30,476 nucleotides of DNA from a virus (taxonomy: Duplodnaviria; Caudoviricetes), in IMG/VR virus record IMGVR_UViG_3300005837_000721, positions 1-30,476 of that record. One strand, given 5' to 3'. The notes beneath the pieces are model-generated. The model did no database searches. It was given only the letters and a program-made list of their open reading frames with translations, and was not told the DNA's origin. Both the position numbers and the translations under genes were made by a program. Positions 1 to 7,465 of this stretch are shown in pieces (the first letter of the stretch is position 1; the number at the start of each line of letters is the position of its first letter).

Positions 1-142
1 GACCTATACTTATTGCACTATTGTTTCCAACACCGTCTTGTATAATTACTTGCCCTGTCGCAGGCATACCCTGTGTACTGTCTTCTGTTTTTAGAAGTCC
101 GTCATACGTATCTTTTATTCTCTGTCCTGTTAATGTACTCAT
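1..142 (-). CDS. N-terminal fragment of putative tail fibre protein (runs off the left edge)
   Basis: Hand-translated from ATG at 142: MSTLTGQRIKDTYDGLLKTEDSTQGMPATGQVIIQDGVGNNSAISIG..., open to the edge. A-rich leader. Probably continues into the ORF at the right edge. Confidence 0.7.
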   Translation of the reverse strand, partial: MSTLTGQRIKDTYDGLLKTEDSTQGMPATGQVIIQDGVGNNSAISIG

Positions 143-155
143 TTTCTATTTTTTT

Positions 156-293
156 TTAATTCCAGAAACTAACTATTTTGTCCCACGTTCTTTCAACTTT
201 TGCCCAATATTCGCCAATGTACTCCTCATAAATGTTACCCCAATTTTTTGTCGGCAATCCCCAATTTGTCTGTTCGTATATCTCGTTTGCCAT
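156..293 (-). CDS. Small Trp-rich protein (45 aa), probably virion-associated
   Basis: Hand-translated MANEIYEQTNWGLPTKNWGNIYEEYIGEYWAKVERTWDKIVSFWN*. Fills the gap before the fibre gene. Confidence 0.65.
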   Translation of the reverse strand: MANEIYEQTNWGLPTKNWGNIYEEYIGEYWAKVERTWDKIVSFWN

Positions 294-357
294 TCTTCTT
301 TAAAAATCTATTGAGTAACTCAACATTCTTTTTTTTTGGTTTACTGTTTCGTTTCAT
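235..357 (-). CDS. Small basic hypothetical protein (40 aa)
   Basis: ATGA overlap with the upstream stop; MKRNSKPKKKNVELLNRFLKKNGKRDIRTDKLGIADKKLG*. Overlaps the next ORF. Confidence 0.45.
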   Translation of the reverse strand: MKRNSKPKKKNVELLNRFLKKNGKRDIRTDKLGIADKKLG

Positions 358-854
358 AAAACCCAACCTGTAAAATTAGCATCTGTGTCTGGGTACATAT
401 CCTCATTTTGGTTTCTGTTATACTCTGGAAATTTAGTATTGTTGAAACACATATAGTCAACAAACCTCCTTGTATAAAATTGAGCAAAATTTCTGTGTTT
501 ATCGATCAATGTATCAATCTCGCTTTTTGTAACACTTTCGCTATTTTCTGAAACGTGCTTAAAAACCCCTCCATTAGCCACTTGGTATGCCGCAAAAGGT
601 AGGTAATCAACCATTGCATAGTGTATTAACATATCCTTTATGTAATCACTAACTAAATTTAAATAGTCCCCTGCTAATGTACCATTAGTAATGTCATCTG
701 AAATCCTATCGTATAACGCTCCTCCTAAATAATTCTGTATGTGGATCTGTTGAGCAATTTTTATAAACTGAATAAATTTGTCAATGTCCACGTTGCCGTC
801 AATCAGCGAATTTCTTTTTAAATCTGTGGGTGTAATAAATAATGCCGTTGCCAT
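354..854 (-). CDS. Putative head-tail adaptor / head completion protein
   Basis: 166 aa, helical-looking, directly downstream of the portal. Function inferred from context. Confidence 0.6.
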   Translation of the reverse strand: MATALFITPTDLKRNSLIDGNVDIDKFIQFIKIAQQIHIQNYLGGALYDRISDDITNGTLAGDYLNLVSDYIKDMLIHYAMVDYLPFAAYQVANGGVFKHVSENSESVTKSEIDTLIDKHRNFAQFYTRRFVDYMCFNNTKFPEYNRNQNEDMYPDTDANFTGWVL

Positions 855-856
855 AA

Positions 857-2680
857 TTATTTCTTTTTTCCTTTTTTACCGCCTCCCCAATTTGGGTGGT
901 GTCCATTGTTCGGCATATCAATAGGCGCAACAATCGACTCCTTTGTCCCTCGTGGGTTGATATTGTAGGTTTTTGGTATTGTTCTCGTTCTCTTGTAATC
1001 TGCAAACTCTGGACTCTCAATTGTCTTGTCTACTAATCTAAACAAAACTTTTTTCCAAACGTGGTGGCAATATGGTCCCCCCTTGTATTTGAATAAATCG
1101 TAAGGTTGGCTCTTATGTCCAAACTCACTATTCACACCCTCTCGACTTGCTTTGTCAATATCCTCCAAACGGTAAACCGCAGGGTAGCCTTTACTATCAA
1201 ATCTGCTCATCATTGTAGAGCAAAAATCTCGACTATCCCCAGAACTTTGTTTTTTCTGAAAATACTTGTATCGGATCTTGTAAAATGATTTGTCCAAATA
1301 ACTAAATCCGCTTGGTTTTGGAGTAACATACCCTGCTAATTTTTGAGCCAAATTCTGTTTTGGGTTTAATAAATAATTCGCCCAAACCTCATCGTCAAAC
1401 TCCTCTCCATCACACTCAATCTCATCAACCTGCTCCCACTCATCTCCAATCTCATCGTGTTTTAAGTTGTTTAAAATAGCCGTAGAAATCTCGTCTGTTA
1501 ATTCGACTTGTTCCGACATTTTAACTCCTGTTTCCTCCTCCTGTGTTTCATCGTCCACGAGTTCGCTATCAATCTCGGTAAATTCTAATGGTTGTAATGT
1601 TCTGAAATATAGGTTTAAACTAATCCCATTAAATGCTAAAATTTCGTCAAAAGCTTCGATTAGCAACTCTTGAAATGGTCTGATAACCGTATTGTCCATT
1701 AATGTGCTTGCGGTCTTTAATTCATCTGCATTGTTCCCCAAACCGCTATTGTCTTTAATTCCTAACAACATTGGCGACACAACCCTGTGAGCGACCATAA
1801 TTTTTCGCATTGACTCATCACTCAAAAACTGATATTGGTTGTGAGCATCTGATAATTGGACTGCCTCAATACTACTCTGTGTGTCTGCGTTCTCGTTAAA
1901 GGAAAGTATAAATTTTCCTGCATTGGAGCTGCCACTGTATTTCTCTAAAATACGTCTTTCTATTAATTCCCTCTCCTCTTCATTCGGTACTCCGTTGTTA
2001 AAGTTGATCAACATACTTGGTGCCAAGCCGTTCATAATGTTGTTTAGGTGGTAATTTGAAACCTCCTCCTCCAACTCTGCATATTGTAATCCTCCTTGAT
2101 AATCAACAGGCGAAAAGTAATAATGTCCTGCAACATAGGGTTTAACGTAAATCAATTCGATTGACTCATTGCTCGTGCCAAATGCAGGTATTCTTGTTGG
2201 CTCATCTCCTGTCTTATACTTCGCCCAATCGTGAAAATAGTAATATCCGTTTACATCTCCATTCTCGTCACACTTCTCAATCGCTATTGTTTCAACAGGT
2301 AAATGCTCAACTCGTGCAATCTTTTTACGATCCTTTGAATAAATAACTTGAATAGCACATTGTCCCATTAGTTTAAGGTCATTTGCTAACTTTCTAACAC
2401 AATCTTTTTTTATAAGCGATATTGCCTCCGCATATTCATTTGGTTTCTTGTTAGAGTCCGTTGCATCGAGTCCCTTGCCGTATATCATTTGGCTTATACC
2501 ATTCACGATAGCATTGTTTGTTGGACTACCAGAGTATCTGTCTAATAAATAATTAAAGTAATTGTTTTTATCTCCATACGTTACCCAATCCTCGTTTTTC
2601 TGGACTTGAATGTTTGGGCTTGTGTAATTACTCAAATTGACAACATTAACCTTGCCTTGTATTGGTTTTCTCCTGCTCAT
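857..2680 (-). CDS. Portal protein with C-terminal head-morphogenesis (MuF-like) extension
   Basis: 607 aa. Portal-like core (SPTNNAIVNG..., NGLAPS, GSSNAGK, AHRVVSPMLLG), then an acidic linker, then an SRDFC...KGGPYCHHVW Cys/His domain. Confidence 0.85.
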   Translation of the reverse strand: MSRRKPIQGKVNVVNLSNYTSPNIQVQKNEDWVTYGDKNNYFNYLLDRYSGSPTNNAIVNGISQMIYGKGLDATDSNKKPNEYAEAISLIKKDCVRKLANDLKLMGQCAIQVIYSKDRKKIARVEHLPVETIAIEKCDENGDVNGYYYFHDWAKYKTGDEPTRIPAFGTSNESIELIYVKPYVAGHYYFSPVDYQGGLQYAELEEEVSNYHLNNIMNGLAPSMLINFNNGVPNEEERELIERRILEKYSGSSNAGKFILSFNENADTQSSIEAVQLSDAHNQYQFLSDESMRKIMVAHRVVSPMLLGIKDNSGLGNNADELKTASTLMDNTVIRPFQELLIEAFDEILAFNGISLNLYFRTLQPLEFTEIDSELVDDETQEEETGVKMSEQVELTDEISTAILNNLKHDEIGDEWEQVDEIECDGEEFDDEVWANYLLNPKQNLAQKLAGYVTPKPSGFSYLDKSFYKIRYKYFQKKQSSGDSRDFCSTMMSRFDSKGYPAVYRLEDIDKASREGVNSEFGHKSQPYDLFKYKGGPYCHHVWKKVLFRLVDKTIESPEFADYKRTRTIPKTYNINPRGTKESIVAPIDMPNNGHHPNWGGGKKGKKK

Positions 2681-3033
2681 AATACTATGTAATCATTATT
2701 GCTTGTTGGTTGAGGTTTGTACTGATCTTTATTAATTGTGTAACTGTCTTGGTTAACTTGATCGATCACTTGGTTTGTAACAAAAACTTTGTCCTTGTAA
2801 ATTATTTTTTCTGTGTTCGTGTCTTTGATCCTCAACGTATAAAATGTATTTTCTAATAAACCAACAAACTCCAAACTGCACTTTAAATAATCTCCGTACA
2901 ATTCATAAACCCCAACTCCTGTATATTCAGTTCCTGTAATATCATCAGTCAAAATCGTTTCCACATCAACAGAGGTCTCCCTCGTAATAATATAGAATGT
3001 TTGTGCATCTGTTGTCGATTTTAATACTATCAT
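2677..3033 (-). CDS. Putative virion structural protein, beta-rich (118 aa)
   Basis: Start reassigned to ATG 3033 (MIVLKSTT), 5 nt after a TCGTTATA motif. ATGA overlap with the portal start. Confidence 0.65.
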   Translation of the reverse strand: MIVLKSTTDAQTFYIITRETSVDVETILTDDITGTEYTGVGVYELYGDYLKCSLEFVGLLENTFYTLRIKDTNTEKIIYKDKVFVTNQVIDQVNQDSYTINKDQYKPQPTSNNDYIVL

Positions 3034-3038
3034 AATTG

Positions 3039-3064
3039 TATAACGACAAATCCAGAACTTTTTG
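3039..3064 (-). promoter_or_regulatory. Putative late (phage ECF sigma) promoter
   Basis: CAAA-N14-TCGTTATA-CAATT-ATG on the minus strand. Confidence 0.7.
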
Positions 3065-3073
3065 CATAAAGAC

Positions 3074-3103
3074 AAAAAAAAACCCCCACATTTCTGCAGG
3101 GGT
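3074..3103 (-). terminator. Rho-independent terminator
   Basis: ACCCCTGCA-GAAA-TGTGGGGGT hairpin followed by a T-run, downstream of the 90 aa gene. Confidence 0.8.
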
Positions 3104-3124
3104 ATTAAATTTATTATTTTTTTA

Positions 3125-3397
3125 TTAGTTCATAAAATCCTCTTTTGTTAAATGATCTGTTCCAACAATCCAACCATCAAATTTTCTGATTGAACAAGTT
3201 GTATTTGTAAACTGATCCTCTCCCCATTGTACAGGTTCGTGGATTGTTTCCATTGAGATACTATGTTTATCCTCCCAAACTCTTGTTACTACTGCTTGAA
3301 CTTCTAAACCTGTTACCCACTTTGTAATTGTTTTTCCAATCATTTTATGGTTTTTGATCTCTGTAAATTCTTTTGATGTTTCAAATTGTGATTTCAT
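3125..3397 (-). CDS. Hypothetical protein (90 aa), moron-like cassette
   Basis: Has its own host-type promoter and is flanked by terminators inside the structural region. Confidence 0.8.
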   Translation of the reverse strand: MKSQFETSKEFTEIKNHKMIGKTITKWVTGLEVQAVVTRVWEDKHSISMETIHEPVQWGEDQFTNTTCSIRKFDGWIVGTDHLTKEDFMN

Positions 3398-3429
3398 AAT
3401 TTTGTCTTTTTTTATTATTAATTACATCA

Positions 3430-3460
3430 CAAAGATATGAACATTTTTTAATAAAACAAG
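3430..3460 (-). promoter_or_regulatory. Bacteroidota housekeeping-type (early) promoter
   Basis: CTTG-N19-TATCTTTG matches the -33/-7 consensus. Confidence 0.8.
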
Positions 3461-3490
3461 CCTTTTGTAAAAAAAAATGAAAAAAAACGT

Positions 3491-3521
3491 AAAAAAAAAG
3501 GGCAACCTTTCGGCTACCCTC
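3491..3521 (-). terminator. Rho-independent terminator after tail tube gene
   Basis: AGGGTAGCC-GAAA-GGTTGCCCT followed by a T-run. Confidence 0.85.
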
Positions 3522-3544
3522 TTATAATTATTGGTTAGTTGATA

Positions 3545-4081
3545 TTAGATATCGTCAATCTCTGATGTAGATACTGTAATCCCAACTCCAGAAACCCCAC
3601 CTTGCAAGAAGTTTGCAGGTTTCTTCTCCATACCTTGTAATGTCAAAGTGTAGCCGCTCAAATCGCCCATTGCCGCACCTGTTACAACAGTACCGCCGTT
3701 CACATCTGCGCCCCATTCCAGACCTACCAAAAAGGCATTTCCGTTATTATCCTCAACAACTACGTGAGGTCTTGCTACTGCGATCAACGCTAATTCATCG
3801 TGTGATTGTGGACTCAATTTTTTCAAAGTCAAAGTAATTAACTGATCGTAAAAAGTAGTTCCATTTTCACGACTTGATGTAATTGTTTGCTCTAAATTTG
3901 AGTTTCCTTTTAATGTATATTTGAAAGCCGTAGGTGTTCCTGCCAATGCAGTAATCTCATCACTTTCGGTAGCATAACTGATTGCTCCTAATGTTCCGTA
4001 GTCAATGAAATAAACTGCCTGCAATCCTCCAACGCTATCCTTGCAGGGCTCTAATCTCCCCTTGTGTAGTGTACAAGCCAT
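3545..4081 (-). CDS. Major tail (tube) protein
   Basis: 178 aa (MACTLHKGRLEPCKDSVGG...GDLSGYTLTLQG). Size, beta-strand pattern and position after the MCP fit a tube protein. Confidence 0.75.
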   Translation of the reverse strand: MACTLHKGRLEPCKDSVGGLQAVYFIDYGTLGAISYATESDEITALAGTPTAFKYTLKGNSNLEQTITSSRENGTTFYDQLITLTLKKLSPQSHDELALIAVARPHVVVEDNNGNAFLVGLEWGADVNGGTVVTGAAMGDLSGYTLTLQGMEKKPANFLQGGVSGVGITVSTSEIDDI

Positions 4082-4106
4082 TTGTTATTTTTTTTAAAAG
4101 ATTAAT

Positions 4107-4131
4107 AAAAGGGTGGGTTTCCCCACCCCTT
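4107..4131 (-). terminator. Hairpin/partial terminator between MCP and tail tube genes
   Basis: AAGGGGTGGG-GAAA-CCCACCCTTTT with a short U tract. Confidence 0.65.
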
Positions 4132-4136
4132 GAAAA

Positions 4137-5075
4137 TTATGCTCCGTAATAAACAATATCCGATGCAATTCCGTACTGAACTCCTGCGGTGTAACGGGCT
4201 ACAAATCTCACATTTTTAGATCCGTCGATGTCCGCCATATCAATGACCTTCAATTCGTTGTGATCAGCAAGCAAGCCTGTGCCGAAGTATAGGTTTGATT
4301 TTTCAGCCAATACTGCTCTGTTATCAGCAAGACCATTAGCTACCACAATCTGAACTCCGTCAATAGAAAGTCCTGCACCTCCATTGTACCACATAGCACC
4401 TTTGTTATCGATACCTGCGCCACCAATGTTAGAAGCGAAACCTCCTAATGCTTGAACATAAGCACGAGCGATGTTTTGTGAAACATAAAGAAGCACACCC
4501 TCTTTTCCGTAAAGAGCATTAGGCATAGCATCTACAATCTTACGCAATTCAGCAAGTACGTTAGTCGCATCAACTGCCGCAGGCGCGATAGTTGTTCCTC
4601 CGTCTGTTCCAAAATCAGCCTCTCCAAATAGAGTGGTAAATCCTTTAAATGTTCCTGCAGTACCTGCTCCAGACCAAATTTGAGTTTCTGTTACTGATGC
4701 CATATCGCCTAGTACTCGAGCAATAAAGAAATCAGAAAAACTTGGTGGTAAAGAGTCGTGTGCAGAAAAGCCCATTTGTTCTGCCTCCCAATCCGATTGG
4801 AACGGAGTTTTACATAATTCAAGGTTTACTTGTAATTCAGTTGGCTCTAAAATTCTCTCTGTTAGAGTAACTCCTCCTTGTGCATCAAATGAACACGATG
4901 CATCAGCGATAGCTGAACTGTAATCTACTTTCTTAATAACCTCTTTTAACTTTACATTAGGTTTAACCGTAATCAGTTGGTTAGCCAAAGTGTTACCAGC
5001 CAATAAACTTGCTCCGATATACTCTCCTGCAAACTGTCCTGCATAGGTAGTTGTAATTGATGTTGTTGTTGCCAT
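4137..5075 (-). CDS. Major capsid protein (HK97-like fold inferred)
   Basis: 312 aa, follows an acidic scaffold gene, followed by a hairpin. Motifs LTERILEP...VNLELCK and NLYFGTGLL. Confidence 0.85.
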   Translation of the reverse strand: MATTTSITTTYAGQFAGEYIGASLLAGNTLANQLITVKPNVKLKEVIKKVDYSSAIADASCSFDAQGGVTLTERILEPTELQVNLELCKTPFQSDWEAEQMGFSAHDSLPPSFSDFFIARVLGDMASVTETQIWSGAGTAGTFKGFTTLFGEADFGTDGGTTIAPAAVDATNVLAELRKIVDAMPNALYGKEGVLLYVSQNIARAYVQALGGFASNIGGAGIDNKGAMWYNGGAGLSIDGVQIVVANGLADNRAVLAEKSNLYFGTGLLADHNELKVIDMADIDGSKNVRFVARYTAGVQYGIASDIVYYGA

Positions 5076-5077
5076 TT

Positions 5078-5698
5078 TTATTTATTATTAAAATTGTTAA
5101 TTTTTTCGACTATAACGTCATAAGCCGACTTATGTGTATTTTTGTTAAATTTAAATTTAGGAGTAAATTTGCTCTCCTCTTTTGGTGCGTGTTTTAGTGG
5201 CTCTGTTGCAGGCTCTGATAATTGAGCATTCAGCTCAACCTCTTCCTCTGTAACCTCAACCTCTTCAACCTCTGACATTTCAGTTTGCTCTGTTTCGGTT
5301 TCCTCTGACATTTCTTCTTTGTCATTTTTAAGGTCTTCGATCATTGCAACAATCTCCTCCAGAGCAGTAATAAACTCCTCTTTTGAAACGTATGCCATTT
5401 CTTTTTGTTCTTCTGCCTCAACCTCTTCGGTTTCCTCCTCTTCGACCTCCTCAACTTCTCCGTCTCCGTATTGAGCAATTACGCCCTCCTCTTCGACTAC
5501 AAGTTTAGTTCCGTCCTCCAATTCGTACTCGCCAACAGGTAGAGCAACTTTTTCGTCCTCTGTAACAATAAAAACCGACTCTCCTGCCTCGAATTTTTCC
5601 GCTTCGATCACAGTCCCATTGTCAAGTTTCATTTGCTCCAAAGACACCGTTAAGCCAAGTACGGCTTTTACTCTCTTCAATGTTTCTGTTGCATTCAT
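5078..5698 (-). CDS. Capsid scaffolding protein
   Basis: 206 aa, extremely Glu-rich, LPVGEYELEDG motif, basic C-terminus, immediately upstream of the MCP. Confidence 0.75.
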   Translation of the reverse strand: MNATETLKRVKAVLGLTVSLEQMKLDNGTVIEAEKFEAGESVFIVTEDEKVALPVGEYELEDGTKLVVEEEGVIAQYGDGEVEEVEEEETEEVEAEEQKEMAYVSKEEFITALEEIVAMIEDLKNDKEEMSEETETEQTEMSEVEEVEVTEEEVELNAQLSEPATEPLKHAPKEESKFTPKFKFNKNTHKSAYDVIVEKINNFNNK

Positions 5699-5718
5699 AA
5701 AATTGATGTTTATAATTA

Positions 5719-5744
5719 ATTAACGATTAATAAAAAAAAATTTG
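5719..5744 (-). promoter_or_regulatory. Putative late promoter for scaffold/MCP operon
   Basis: CAAA-N14-TCGTTAAT, ending 20 nt before the ATG. Confidence 0.65.
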
Positions 5745-5747
5745 CGT

Positions 5748-6191
5748 TTAAGCCTTTTTCTGAATAATAAACCACTCACCACCATCGCTCCAAATATAAA
5801 TTCCCTCGTACGCTTTATTGATTTCGTAAACATCAGTACTGCCGTCTAGTTCGTTATTAACAGAAGGTGTTAGATTTACTCTTGTATTTGTTTCAAAAGT
5901 TCTATCGGTTATTATTCTAATTGCTCTATTTTCCGCTGCTTGTGGTAGGTTTAAGGTCATAGTACCTGACGCTCCACTCCATTGCAATCTTATTAGTTTC
6001 CAGTCCTTATACTGACTATCATTTAGGTTTATAGTAGTATCTGCACTTACCATTAGATCGTGTCCTATTAATTGGTTGTCTATTTGATTCAAACTAACTC
6101 TCCTTGACTCATTTGCTTGAACAAAAACAAATTCCTCGCTACCTTGTAAAGCTGTTGCGATAGGTAGTTCACTTATTTTTTTATCTGCCAT
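5748..6191 (-). CDS. Putative head decoration/fibre-like structural protein
   Basis: 147 aa. MADKKISELP N-terminus of the kind seen in fibre/decoration proteins; beta-rich C-terminus ending SDGGEWFII. Confidence 0.55.
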   Translation of the reverse strand: MADKKISELPIATALQGSEEFVFVQANESRRVSLNQIDNQLIGHDLMVSADTTINLNDSQYKDWKLIRLQWSGASGTMTLNLPQAAENRAIRIITDRTFETNTRVNLTPSVNNELDGSTDVYEINKAYEGIYIWSDGGEWFIIQKKA

Positions 6192-6403
6192 TATAATTTT
6201 ATTTTATCGTTTGTTTCTTGTAGTATAAAACTTCTATCTTCTTGCAATAAATAATTTGCTTCTTTTGTTATTCTCCCAATACCTTGTGCTTGTAAACTTC
6301 CGTCACAACATTTTCTGCTATATGTTCCATCTGGACATAAACAAGCCTGTCGTCCGTTTTTTGGACTCGATTTGCTTGGTGTTTTAAAAATCCTATTTCT
6401 CAT
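6191..6403 (-). CDS. Small Cys-rich hypothetical protein (70 aa)
   Basis: CLCPDGTYSRKCCDG core with a C-terminal LLQED..ILQE motif. TAATG-coupled to the next gene. Confidence 0.7.
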   Translation of the reverse strand: MRNRIFKTPSKSSPKNGRQACLCPDGTYSRKCCDGSLQAQGIGRITKEANYLLQEDRSFILQETNDKIKL

Positions 6404-6533
6404 TGTATATCTGGTAACATACTGCTATTTGCTGAACAGTACTTTTAAACTCTTTTTGTATGTTTGGATCTTGTATGCATCGGCTAATAAAATCCTTTTT
6501 TTTCTCTCCTCTATTTGGTTTAGGTAACGGCAT
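6393..6533 (-). CDS. Small hypothetical protein (46 aa)
   Basis: Hand-translated MPLPKPNRGEKKKDFISRCIQDPNIQKEFKSTVQQIAVCYQIYNEK*. Fills the gap exactly. Confidence 0.7.
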   Translation of the reverse strand: MPLPKPNRGEKKKDFISRCIQDPNIQKEFKSTVQQIAVCYQIYNEK

Positions 6534-6534
6534 C

Positions 6535-7431
6535 TTATTTATTGTCTATTTCTTTTAATTTACTAATCGCCCAATTTATGCCTGCAGATCCTCCCCAAGC
6601 ATCCCACATTAAACCACCGCAACCCTCTGAATAGGGTACATCTTTATTCTGTTGGTGTCTTTTAAAACTTGCCATTCTCGCAATCGTGGATCTCGAAATC
6701 TTTTCTTTTCGACTCAACTGCCCTGCACGAGTCCACCCCACTTGCGTTCCGCAATCACTTCCATTCTCCTCTTTCCACTTTATTGCCCGTTTTGCACTGT
6801 TTACTGCCGCATCTGGATAGTCGTTATACGTTTCTAACTCAACACCTCTTAAAACGTCTTTTAATTCATTTAAAACCTCGTCTGCGTATAACTCCTCCTC
6901 ATTGACTTGGCTTAATTCGGCTTTATCAGCAAAGTAACCCTCAATAGAAAATCCTTTGACCTTGCCTGTTTTTACATAATCATTCCAGACCTCATCGTTT
7001 TCAACCTTTACTGCTCCAACCCAAGTCCCCAACGGCAAGTCCATTCCATACATATTGGATTTGTCATTTTCTTTGTCCTCCACAAGCCAACTCTCAACAA
7101 GCGTTAAACCCTCAATCGCACTATTATGCTCCAAAGTGGAGTTACTTTGGTTACCTTGTTTTAAGTATAGTTGTGAAGCCTTTCGCACCGTCTCTCTACT
7201 AAAATAAATGTAATACTCTTCATCTCCATTTTTTCGATAAATTGGTTTGTTAGGGATCAAAATTGGTCCAATAAGTATTTTCTTGTCCTTATCGACTTCG
7301 GCAAATTTATACTCCTTTGTTTCTGTTTTTAATGCAACAAAGTCCTCCTCAATCGCAGGGTTTTCTACAACAGAAATTGCCTCAACAAAATTGTCTTGCT
7401 CTTCGTCTAAAATTAACTCAATTATTTTCAT
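6535..7431 (-). CDS. Prohead protease (XkdF-like serine protease) with C-terminal accessory domain
   Basis: AISVVENPAIE, STLEH, GTW and VKGFSIEG motifs. Confidence 0.8.
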   Translation of the reverse strand: MKIIELILDEEQDNFVEAISVVENPAIEEDFVALKTETKEYKFAEVDKDKKILIGPILIPNKPIYRKNGDEEYYIYFSRETVRKASQLYLKQGNQSNSTLEHNSAIEGLTLVESWLVEDKENDKSNMYGMDLPLGTWVGAVKVENDEVWNDYVKTGKVKGFSIEGYFADKAELSQVNEEELYADEVLNELKDVLRGVELETYNDYPDAAVNSAKRAIKWKEENGSDCGTQVGWTRAGQLSRKEKISRSTIARMASFKRHQQNKDVPYSEGCGGLMWDAWGGSAGINWAISKLKEIDNK

Positions 7432-7436
7432 ATCTG

Positions 7437-7462
7437 TATAACGATTTTATTTTTTTATTTTG
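7437..7462 (-). promoter_or_regulatory. Putative late promoter
   Basis: CAAA-N14-TCGTTATA-CAGAT-ATG. Confidence 0.7.
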
Positions 7463-7465
7463 TGT

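Noticed and set aside
799-1020. 73 aa minus-strand ORF overlapping the portal end
   Set aside because: Out-of-frame overlap with two solid genes, non-ATG start, no recognisable features.
6821-6828. TCGTTATA on the plus strand inside the protease gene
   Set aside because: No AAA element at the 14-nt spacing and no ATG 5 nt downstream; explained by the YND codons.
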